A stretch of DNA of 64,000 nucleotides, taken from positions 166,191 to 230,190 of the forward strand of contig JBMNOP010000003.1 in the NCBI GenBank assembly GCA_050943135.1, written 5' to 3'. The position numbers were made by a program, and so were the translations under genes. Shown in pieces: positions 9,850 through 18,091 of the stretch. The notes beneath the pieces are model-generated. The model made no database searches, had not been told where the DNA came from, and was given only the letters and a program-made list of their open reading frames with translations. This DNA comes from Thermoguttaceae bacterium. GTDB lineage: Bacteria; Planctomycetota; Planctomycetia; Pirellulales; Thermoguttaceae. Each line of letters opens with the position of its first letter. The stretch's first letter is position 1.

Positions 9850-12708
9850 TCAGAGTTCATCTTGTTCGATGCGCGGGATTTCGGGATGTGTGTCCAGGAA
9901 CCGGCGATAGGCCTCGGCGTTCTCCCCCTCGTCAAGGGGAAGGTTGGTCGTCCAGTTCAGGCTGTTCCCCTCGTCAAAGAGGGTGCCCGAAGCCAAGATG
10001 ATTCCGATCTCGTCTTTCATGGTTTCCGCCTGGTCGGGACGGTCGACCAGCAGAGAGATTTGCGGTGCCAATTTCAGCGAGGGGACGGCGATATCGTCGA
10101 GATACTTTTTCCCGAGTTCAAGGTCGGCAAGAGGCTGATTCAGATCGACCCGCAAGAAAGATTTCATCCCCAACTCGGCGGCGAGGTTCGTAAGTTCGCG
10201 CAAGGTTTCCACGGTATTCGCGTAGGTGATCTCGGGGGTGCTGTTGTTCTCGGGGCTTGTGTGTGTCGAAAAGAGTACGGTATCGACGCCAAGGAGCGCG
10301 CCCTTCTTGAGAACCGCTTTCATCGTGGCCATCGCGCGTTCATACTCTTCTTCGTCGTTATTACTCAGGCGCAGGTCGGGGAAGAGATTGATCCCCGACG
10401 AGAAATCGACGGCAAGGTGAAGACCATGCCGACGGAACCATCCCGCTTCCCGGGCGACGGCCTCTTCCGAACGGAGATCGAAATAGCGCCAATCGAGGGT
10501 GATTCCGTCGTAATGTTCGAAGAAGGTCGGGCGGGCCAAGATTTCTTCCTTGGCCATCACCGGATGACGCAATTGCAGGAACCGTCCTTTCGGGGCAGGA
10601 GGGATCGGAAGGTCGTCGATCATCGCGGTTTTCTCTTCTTTGAGGGTTACCTCGAAGACCCGCACTTCGCCCACCGCGATGGTCGTGTCGGTATGCCTGC
10701 CGCGATCGAAATGGTCGTAACCGACCGGCATGAATCCGGGCCGGGTCCGTTCCGTGTCGGGAACCGGAATTTCGCGAATCGAAGCGATTTCGCCGATCCG
10801 CGACCGGATGGCAAACGGCAGTTCAAGGAGCCCATGATTAAAGACCCCGACGGTCCAGACGCGATCGGCTTTCCGGCAGACGATGCTGCCGAGATCTTGC
10901 CCCACATCGAAGAGGACCGTTTGGTCGAGTTCGCGGCGATAAATCTTTTCGGCGTGGGCCAGGAGCGGATACGGGTTTTCAAGAACCTGATCGACGCGGA
11001 TCGGAAGGTACCCTTCCACCGCCCGCTCGCCCGGGATTCCGAACGGGGTGTTCAAGACCAGGACCGTCCCTTTCCCATGGGAAACTTCGAATGCCGCGGT
11101 CTTCCCCCCGCAGGAGGCGAGTACCCGCGCGTCTTCCGGAACCGAGACCGAAATCAGGGTAAAGGGTTGCGATTCCCTCACGCTTTCGTTCCCGTCGGCA
11201 AAAAGAATTTCGGCGCCTGCCTCGAAGCGGTCAGACCCGAGGATTCTCATCCCGAGGAACCCGTCGAGCGCTTCGAGATTCCCGGCGGTGAAAACAAGGC
11301 GCCCTCCCCCTTCGACGTAGTCGGTCAGCTTGCGGATCAGTTCGGGGTTACGCGACGTCGGCTTCCCTTCCAGATTCCTGCGCGGGTCGCCTCCGGTCAG
11401 CCGATCGGCGACAATCAGGAGGGGGTAGCGGTTCAGGATCCAGAGGGGCGCGTCGGTAAGGAGCGAGTCCGTTGCGTCTCCGTAAGGAGTCGCCGACAAA
11501 AACCCTCTTTCGTTATAAAAGTAGGAAGAGGACTGATAGTCCGGATAGATCAGGCCGAGCAGGTTATTGTTGAGATAATCTCCCGGACCGTAGGGGATAT
11601 TCCCCCAAACACGGTAAGATCTCGGCGAGTAGAGATGCCGCGGGAACGACCAGCCGCAGAAGAAATCGCAGAGGAGGGCAACCGGCGTGATCATCGTTCC
11701 CGGGTCCCCATGTTCTTTGACCCATCTTGCGGCATCGCGCTGAATTTCCCCGATCGGGGTCAGCTCGCCTTCGCTGAACCAGCCGTTTTCGAAGCCGACG
11801 GCGGCCGAATTGTAGAGGATATGGGAATAGAGCAAACGTTTCATCAGGCTGAGGCTCGTCCCCTGATCGATCTGATTCGGATACGATTTGAATCCCCAGC
11901 GGTTGTAGATCGAGGCGTTTCCGAACCAGAGGACGCCGTACTGTTTCCCCGCGCCGCGGATCCAGGAATAGTAGACCTGGCTGTTCGGAAGCGCCTGCGC
12001 CGTTTCGGCCCCGATCAGGGTGTAGATCCCTTCTTTGAGGAAATAATGGCCGAAATTCAGGGAAACGAGGGTCGCGAGGCGGTTCCCCAGATCGTCTCCG
12101 AGGCGTTCGAAATGGCGTTGGAAGTTGAGGTACTGATTGAAACGGCATCGGGTCACCGGAGTCATCCTCGATGCGTAGAACCCGATATACCGGCCATCCT
12201 GTTCCCCGTTATCCATCCCGAGCCATTGGGGGCCGAGGATTTTTTCGAGCGTTTCGAAACTCTTTTTCGCAGGGCGATTCTGTACCCAGGTTCCGCGTCC
12301 GTAAGGGCCGCTGCCCGGCACGTATCCCCAGAGGTCGAACACGAAGATCCCGTTCTTTTTCGCCCATTCGGCGAATTCGTCGAGATTATCGATATGTATC
12401 GTGCTATGGTGGGGCCAAATGATCGTTCCCAGGTCGGCCTCGGCGTAAGGCCGATACATTTCATCGAAATCGACCCCTCGGGTCCGGCCGGTTTCCTTGT
12501 CGCGGACGGTCCTGATTCCACGGCAGGTCATGAAGAGGACCTCGTCGCCGAACGTTTTCCGGTCGGGCGGCGTAACGGCAAACCGACCGCGGTCGGGATG
12601 CTCGGCCGGATCATAGCGGTTAACGTAGATCCGTTTGGGCGGATCGGCGGCAAAAAGGGACGAAACCCCGAGAAGTACGACACAGAGGATCATACGGACG
12701 GAACTCAT
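9850..12708 (-). CDS. Large secreted protein (953 aa), probably carbohydrate-active; C-terminal region resembles a xylose-isomerase-like TIM barrel
   Basis: ATG at 12708 (MSSVRMILCVVLLGVSSLFAADP signal peptide) with a GAGG ribosome-binding site. Aromatic-rich central region. The C-terminal 250 aa (GLHLAVDFSSGINLF...LGVDTVLFSTHT...) looks like a sugar-phosphate isomerase/epimerase fold. The long antisense ORF 9487..12735 is rejected as a shadow. Confidence 0.5.
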   Translation of the reverse strand: MSSVRMILCVVLLGVSSLFAADPPKRIYVNRYDPAEHPDRGRFAVTPPDRKTFGDEVLFMTCRGIRTVRDKETGRTRGVDFDEMYRPYAEADLGTIIWPHHSTIHIDNLDEFAEWAKKNGIFVFDLWGYVPGSGPYGRGTWVQNRPAKKSFETLEKILGPQWLGMDNGEQDGRYIGFYASRMTPVTRCRFNQYLNFQRHFERLGDDLGNRLATLVSLNFGHYFLKEGIYTLIGAETAQALPNSQVYYSWIRGAGKQYGVLWFGNASIYNRWGFKSYPNQIDQGTSLSLMKRLLYSHILYNSAAVGFENGWFSEGELTPIGEIQRDAARWVKEHGDPGTMITPVALLCDFFCGWSFPRHLYSPRSYRVWGNIPYGPGDYLNNNLLGLIYPDYQSSSYFYNERGFLSATPYGDATDSLLTDAPLWILNRYPLLIVADRLTGGDPRRNLEGKPTSRNPELIRKLTDYVEGGGRLVFTAGNLEALDGFLGMRILGSDRFEAGAEILFADGNESVRESQPFTLISVSVPEDARVLASCGGKTAAFEVSHGKGTVLVLNTPFGIPGERAVEGYLPIRVDQVLENPYPLLAHAEKIYRRELDQTVLFDVGQDLGSIVCRKADRVWTVGVFNHGLLELPFAIRSRIGEIASIREIPVPDTERTRPGFMPVGYDHFDRGRHTDTTIAVGEVRVFEVTLKEEKTAMIDDLPIPPAPKGRFLQLRHPVMAKEEILARPTFFEHYDGITLDWRYFDLRSEEAVAREAGWFRRHGLHLAVDFSSGINLFPDLRLSNNDEEEYERAMATMKAVLKKGALLGVDTVLFSTHTSPENNSTPEITYANTVETLRELTNLAAELGMKSFLRVDLNQPLADLELGKKYLDDIAVPSLKLAPQISLLVDRPDQAETMKDEIGIILASGTLFDEGNSLNWTTNLPLDEGENAEAYRRFLDTHPEIPRIEQDEL

Positions 12709-13179
12709 AAAAACCTCATCTTTCTTGTACCTTGAACGATCCGACGGGAGAAGGTCGGTACGGCTCCCTTTCCATTCCAACCATTCTACCCCGGGCGGAA
12801 TCGGACTTCAACTCTTTCGGCACGTCACTGAAAGGGGTGCCCGCCCACGGTAAAACGAGCGAAAGAAAAAGCGGGGAAGCCGCGCCGATTTTTAACCGAG
12901 GCTTTCTCAAAGGGTTGAAACGGCTCTAAAACGGGTGAATTGCGGAGACAGGGTGAAGAACGAGTCCGCGAAACAATTCGGGTTTTTTCAAAGGGGTTTC
13001 AAAATGATGCGAAGGCCCGACCGGAGGAATGGACGGTCGAGCCCTGCGAACTTTCCCGACCAACTTTTGACGATTTCGACCTCCGGCGAACGCCCGGGGA
13101 ACCTTCGATCGACAAAAGGCGGAAATCTTGAACACCGACCGGCGAGCCGATGGCCGGAAAGGAGAATTTGCGAAGAAGC

Positions 13180-13208
13180 TTGACAAACGAGAGGCGCTTA
13201 AGAATAAT
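13180..13208 (+). promoter_or_regulatory. Sigma70-like promoter (TTGACA-N17-AATAAT) inside a 640-nt ORF-free region
   Basis: The hexamers and the 17-nt spacer were read directly. It lies 214 nt upstream of the isomerase ATG at 13422. Confidence 0.35.
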
Positions 13209-13421
13209 TAAGAGGGGCGGGATTCGTTTTTCATCGTTGATTTCTCCCGCGCGGGGCAAATCGAGGGCAAGAGGTTCATGGCGACATACCCCGTTTTACT
13301 GCCCGGGAAAACGCGTTCCCCCCGGGACCGGGATTGATGTAACACAAAAGTGCCGTGCGATCGAATCTCCTCGACTCCGGCAGAGGAATTTACCGTTTTA
13401 TTTTGAAAGAAAGGTGATTTT

Positions 13422-14297
13422 ATGCTGACAAGACGCAATATGTTCAAGGCCTCGCTCATCGCCGGTGTCTCGGCCGCCGGGCTCGGTGGTTCGGCGTTTG
13501 CCGAAGAAGGAGCGAAACATTGCCGGGGCGCACGCGGTGCGCTCATCTACCCCGACCTTCTCGGATGGAAGATCGGCCCGCAGATCTACTCGTTCAATCG
13601 TTTCCCGTTCGACGAAGCGATCAAACTCGTTGCCAAATGCAACGTGAAGAGTTTCGAGCTCTTCAGCGGCCAGAAACTTTCGCGAGGGAGCGACGAGTCG
13701 GTCGGTCCCAACATGTCGAAAGGGGCGTTTAAACGCTTCCGGGAACTCCTGATCGAAAACAACGTCGTCCCGCACGCCATGGGGGTTTGCCCGGCCGACC
13801 GCGCGCATTTCGAGTTCGCCGCCGCTTGCGGTTTCTCGGTCATCAACGTCGAACCACAATTCGAAGATCTTCCGCAGGTCGATAAACTCGCCCAGGAGTA
13901 TAAGATCAACGTCGGGATTCACAATCACCCGAAAGCGTCCCGTTATTGGGATCCGAAAGTCGTTCTCGAACGTTTGGCGGACTGCAGCGACTGGATCGCT
14001 GCCTGTTGCGATACCGGCCACTGGCTCCGGAGTGAGCTCGACCCGCTCGAATGCGTGAAAATGTTTAACGGCCGGATCGCCAGTTTCCATATCAAAGACC
14101 TCACCCCCGAAAAGGTCGATATTCCTCTCGGTCAAGGGGTCTGCAAGATCGCCGACATTCTGGCCGTCTGTGCCGAAGCGCGTCTCCGGATCCCCTTCTC
14201 GATCGAATACGAATCCGATTGGGACAACAACCAGCCGCTGGTGGCCGAAGGGATCAAATTCTTCAACGAAACGGCGCGGAAGATCGTCGAAGGGTGA
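13422..14297 (+). CDS. Tat-signal sugar phosphate isomerase/epimerase (xylose isomerase-like TIM barrel)
   Basis: The signal peptide is MLTRRNMFKASLIAGVSAAGLGG. The ...INVGIHNHP..., ...CDTGHW... and ...FHIKD... blocks are typical of the AP-endonuclease-2/xylose-isomerase-like TIM barrel family. GAAAGAAAGG ribosome-binding site. Confidence 0.7.
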   Translation: MLTRRNMFKASLIAGVSAAGLGGSAFAEEGAKHCRGARGALIYPDLLGWKIGPQIYSFNRFPFDEAIKLVAKCNVKSFELFSGQKLSRGSDESVGPNMSKGAFKRFRELLIENNVVPHAMGVCPADRAHFEFAAACGFSVINVEPQFEDLPQVDKLAQEYKINVGIHNHPKASRYWDPKVVLERLADCSDWIAACCDTGHWLRSELDPLECVKMFNGRIASFHIKDLTPEKVDIPLGQGVCKIADILAVCAEARLRIPFSIEYESDWDNNQPLVAEGIKFFNETARKIVEG

Positions 14298-14318
14298 GGC
14301 CCGAAACCCAATCACCGA

Positions 14319-14357
14319 CTTTACCCCGCCGAAATCTCTGATACCGGCGGGGTAAAG
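14319..14357 (+). terminator. Perfect 13-bp inverted repeat (CTTTACCCCGCCG ... CGGCGGGGTAAAG) downstream of the isomerase gene
   Basis: Read directly from the sequence. There is no T-tract after it, so it is a hairpin or operator rather than a canonical intrinsic terminator. Confidence 0.35.
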
Positions 14358-14428
14358 CGGTTGACGCCGCGGTTTCGAAACTTGTTGATCGATCACCGCC
14401 GATTGATTTATCTTCGAAAGGGAGCCGT

Positions 14429-14483
14429 CCCCACCCACTCCGTGGGGGGCAATGTTCGTTGCCATCGATGATTTTTATTTTTG
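14429..14483 (+). terminator. Two consecutive hairpins followed by a T-rich tract (intrinsic-terminator-like), 60 nt upstream of the helicase gene
   Basis: The first hairpin is CCCCAC-CCACTCC-GTGGGG. The second is GGCAA-TGTTCG-TTGCC, followed by ATCGATGATTTTTATTTTTG. Confidence 0.4.
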
Positions 14484-14544
14484 CCGGAGCTATCCGCCGT
14501 TCGGACAGAGAAAAATACCGTAACCGCACCTGAAAGAGACCGGA

Positions 14545-17500
14545 ATGCTCAAGCTCGAAGAGATCACGAAAGGAATCCAAATCGCGGGGCTGGTTCCCGG
14601 AGAATTGGTAAATGTCGTCAGCGCGGACTCTTTCGGCGAGTCGTTGAAAATCACCTACAGCCTGGCCTCGGGAGGTGTTTCCGAGACCCTTCTGAACCGG
14701 TCCGACGAAGAACGGCTTTCGAAGGCGGAAATGGGGCTGGCGTGGTCGTTTGATTCCGACCCCGGGGATTTTCGTCGGGCGTTGGAGGCGTTCCGTATCC
14801 GGCTCGGTTTTCTCTTCGATCGGATGACGGCCATCCACTCGTCGCTGGTCGAACCTCTTCCGCACCAGATCTCTGCCGTGTACGATCGGATGTTAAAGCA
14901 AAACCCGCTGCGTTTCGTCCTTGCCGACGATCCCGGGGCGGGGAAAACGATCATGGCGGGTCTCCTGATCAAGGAACTCCTGATCCGCTCCGACACCCAG
15001 CGGATCCTGATCCTCGTGCCCGGCGCCCTGGTCGACCAGTGGCAGGAAGAGATGTTAAGGAAGTTCGGCATCCGTTTCGAAACTTTTATTTCCCAGGGGA
15101 ACGGGGCCGGAAACTTTTTTAACGAGCAGAACCTGGTGATCCTCAGGCTCGACCAATTCGCGCGCAACGAGGAACTCAAATCGGCCCTTGAAGATTCCAC
15201 CTGGGACCTGGTCGTTGCCGACGAGACCCACCGCCTTTCCGCCCACCGGTTTTCCTCCAGTACAACCAAGAAGACCAAACGGTACAAGTTGGCGGAACTC
15301 CTCGCCCGGAACAGTCGCCATTTTCTGATGATGACGGCGACCCCGCACAGCGGAAATAACGCGGATTTTCATCTCTGGTTGTCCCTCCTGGACCCCGACC
15401 GCTTCTACCTGGGAAGCAGTCCCGACGAGCCGGCCGTCCCCGAGGTTTCCGACGTGATGCGCCGCATGGTCAAAGAAGATCTTCGGAAATTCGACGGAAG
15501 CCCCCTGTTCCCGGAGCGGCGGGCCGAAACAATTCTTTTCCCCCTTTCCGAGAAAGAGCGCGATCTTTACGGGCAGGTTACCGAATACGTTCGTTCCGAG
15601 ATGAACCGCGCCGAGCGACTTCAGAAGCAAGAGCGGAACAACCTCGGGTTCGCCCTGACCATCTTGCAGCGCCGGTTGGCGTCGAGCCCGCAGGCCATCT
15701 ACGAATCGTTGCAGCGACGCCGCCGATTCCTCGAAAAGGATTTGCAAAACCGTCGGGAACATCCGGAAAAATACCCGAGGAGGGAACCCGAAACAGCGCC
15801 CTCCTCCGACTTGCGCGCGGTACGGGTACCCTTCGATCTTTTCGCCTACGACACGGAAAAAGAGGACGACGACTTCTACGACCCGGACGACGAACAAAAC
15901 GCCGACTACGTCGTCGCCGAGCGATCGATCGACGAGGTCGAAAAGGAGATCGAGACCGTCGACCTCCTGGTAGCTCAGGCCAAAAAGGTTGTCGATTCCG
16001 ATGAAGACTGCAAATGGAACGAACTTTCCAAAACGTTGCAAAAACCGCAGTTCGTCGGACCGGACGGCAAGCGGCTGAAACTGATCATCTTCACCGAATA
16101 CCGCGACACCCTCGACTACCTCGAACGAAAGATCAAAAACCTGTTGGGGGTTCCCGAGGCCGTCCTCGTGATTCATGGGGGAATAAAATTAACGGAACGA
16201 AACGAGATTCAAGAGAATTTTCGTAACGATCCCGATGTTTCGATCCTGATCGCCACCGATGCCGCGGGGGAAGGAGTCAATCTCCAGCGGGCCCACCTGA
16301 TGATCAACTACGATATCCCGTGGAACCCGAACCGGCTCGAACAGCGGTTCGGCCGCATCCATCGGATCGGGCAGACCGAACGCTGCTTTATGTGGAACAT
16401 GGTTGCCGAAGGAACCCGGGAAGGAGAAGTCTTTCGTCGCCTCTTCTTAAAACTCGAGGCCGCGCGCGAAAAGTTGGGCGGGCGTGTTTTCGATATCCTG
16501 GGAAAGGTTTTCGACAAAGGGAAACTCAACCAACTGCTGATTCAGGCGATCATGCAAAAAGAGAGCCCCGAAGACCAAAACAAGATCAACAAAGAGATCG
16601 ACGGGACGCTCGATCCTGCCCATCTCAACCGGGTGATTCGGGAAAACGCGCTCGTGCAACAAGCCTTTACCCCCGAGACACTCTATTCGGTCAAAGCCGA
16701 AATGGATAAAGCCGAGGCCCGCAAACTTCAGCCCTGTTACGTCCGAAATTTTTTTACCGAAGCGTTTCAACGTTATGGCGGAGAGATTCGCCGGCGGGAA
16801 GAAGGACGGTACGAACTTCCGTTTATCCCCCCGGCCATACGAAACAACCAAAAGACGTTAAAAAAGATCGGCGGTGCCATCGCCAAAAAGTATGACCGAA
16901 TCTGTTTCGAGAAAGAAAAGATTCGGGTGGCCAAGTCCGGAAGACAGGCCGAGTATCTCCATCCGGGACACCCGCTGGTCCGTTCCCTTACCGACCTGAT
17001 CCTGGAAAACCACTCGGCCCTCCTGAAACCGGGCACGGTCATGTTCGATCCGAGCGACGACGGTACGGAACCTTCCCTGATCTTCATGATCGACCATTCG
17101 GTTACCGAAACCCTCGGCGGAAACGAGGTTTCCCGTCGATTGCAATTCGTTCGGATCCGGCCCGACGGAAGTGTCGAGAACGCCGGCTGGGCCCCCCACC
17201 TCGACCTGGAGCCCCCGTCCGACGAGGTTCTGAAGATTGCCGAAGAGGTCAAGAAGGAGTCGTGGCTGAACCGGGACATCGAAAAGCTCGCGCTCGACTA
17301 CGCGATTCCGAACCTCTGCACCGATCATTTTCAAGAGGTCCGGCAAGAGCGTCGGCGCCATGTCGACAAGACGCTCCGGGCCGTGAAAGAAAGATTGACC
17401 CAGGCCATCAAAGGACTGGAACGCCGAATTCTTGTGGCTCGCGACGAGGTGAAAAGGGACGTTCAAATCAAGGTCAACCTGCAAAACCTCGAAAAAACGT

Positions 17501-18069
17501 TCGCCGAGCTCAGGAATCGCCTCGAAACCCGCGAAAAAGAGCTTGAACAGATGCGTTCCCTCTCGAACAAGCCCCCGGTCGTGATGGGGGGGATCCTTCT
17601 GATCCCGAAAGGCCTGTTGGACAAGAAACGGGGGATTCCGGCCAACACGGCCGATGCCGAAGCGCGCAAAGCCGTCGAGGCGATCGCGATGAACCTGGTC
17701 ATGGAAACCGAGAGATCGTTCGGCCACACGGTGATCGACGTTTCCGCCGAGAAATGCGGTTGGGACATCACCGCCAGGCCGACCGCGAAAAACCCGGACG
17801 GGTCCGCGAAAGAGGATCGCCACATCGAGGTCAAAGGACGCCGCAAAGATGCTCCGACGATACTGTTCACGCACAACGAGGTCGTTTACGCGATGAATCA
17901 GCAAGATAAGTTCATTTTGGCGATCGTTCTTGTCGACGGAGATAAAGTCGAAGGCCCCTTCTATCTCCGTTGTCCGTTCAGCCGGGAACCCGATTTCGGC
18001 GTCGCGAGCGAAAACCGTTACCTCGACATCCTTCTGGATATGGCGGTCGCCCCGGAAGAGACCCTGTAA
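14545..18069 (+). CDS. SNF2/DEAH-family superfamily-2 helicase (1174 aa) with a C-terminal DUF3883-like PD-(D/E)xK nuclease-like module
   Basis: PHQ motif; motif I DDPGAGKTIMAG; motif II VVADETHRL; motif III MMTATP; motif VI QRFGRIHRIGQ. The C-terminal 120 aa contain GWDI...HIEVKGRR (D...ExK), typical of the DUF3883/restriction-endonuclease-like fold. Confidence 0.85.
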   Translation: MLKLEEITKGIQIAGLVPGELVNVVSADSFGESLKITYSLASGGVSETLLNRSDEERLSKAEMGLAWSFDSDPGDFRRALEAFRIRLGFLFDRMTAIHSSLVEPLPHQISAVYDRMLKQNPLRFVLADDPGAGKTIMAGLLIKELLIRSDTQRILILVPGALVDQWQEEMLRKFGIRFETFISQGNGAGNFFNEQNLVILRLDQFARNEELKSALEDSTWDLVVADETHRLSAHRFSSSTTKKTKRYKLAELLARNSRHFLMMTATPHSGNNADFHLWLSLLDPDRFYLGSSPDEPAVPEVSDVMRRMVKEDLRKFDGSPLFPERRAETILFPLSEKERDLYGQVTEYVRSEMNRAERLQKQERNNLGFALTILQRRLASSPQAIYESLQRRRRFLEKDLQNRREHPEKYPRREPETAPSSDLRAVRVPFDLFAYDTEKEDDDFYDPDDEQNADYVVAERSIDEVEKEIETVDLLVAQAKKVVDSDEDCKWNELSKTLQKPQFVGPDGKRLKLIIFTEYRDTLDYLERKIKNLLGVPEAVLVIHGGIKLTERNEIQENFRNDPDVSILIATDAAGEGVNLQRAHLMINYDIPWNPNRLEQRFGRIHRIGQTERCFMWNMVAEGTREGEVFRRLFLKLEAAREKLGGRVFDILGKVFDKGKLNQLLIQAIMQKESPEDQNKINKEIDGTLDPAHLNRVIRENALVQQAFTPETLYSVKAEMDKAEARKLQPCYVRNFFTEAFQRYGGEIRRREEGRYELPFIPPAIRNNQKTLKKIGGAIAKKYDRICFEKEKIRVAKSGRQAEYLHPGHPLVRSLTDLILENHSALLKPGTVMFDPSDDGTEPSLIFMIDHSVTETLGGNEVSRRLQFVRIRPDGSVENAGWAPHLDLEPPSDEVLKIAEEVKKESWLNRDIEKLALDYAIPNLCTDHFQEVRQERRRHVDKTLRAVKERLTQAIKGLERRILVARDEVKRDVQIKVNLQNLEKTFAELRNRLETREKELEQMRSLSNKPPVVMGGILLIPKGLLDKKRGIPANTADAEARKAVEAIAMNLVMETERSFGHTVIDVSAEKCGWDITARPTAKNPDGSAKEDRHIEVKGRRKDAPTILFTHNEVVYAMNQQDKFILAIVLVDGDKVEGPFYLRCPFSREPDFGVASENRYLDILLDMAVAPEETL

Positions 18070-18091
18070 AAACCGAGTGTTGAAAACAAAA

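Noticed and set aside
9487-12735. 1082-aa ORF on the plus strand spanning the whole of the 9850-12708 minus-strand gene. Similar long antisense ORFs occur at 13398-14465, 15055-16176, 16858-18354, 17978-19132, 19847-21085, 20928-22361, 22443-23849, 26351-27187, 35880-37580, 39054-40400, 41358-42338, 43149-44525, 44683-46116, 47351-48151, 49960-50841, 51265-52527, 53311-54393, 55021-55986, 56898-57818, 58407-59507, 59792-61522 and 61556-62467.
   Set aside because: Their translations are Arg/Gly/Pro/Asp-rich low-complexity strings with no motifs. Each lies opposite an ORF with recognizable conserved motifs, a signal peptide or a ribosome-binding site. This is the classic stop-codon-poor antisense artefact of high-GC DNA.
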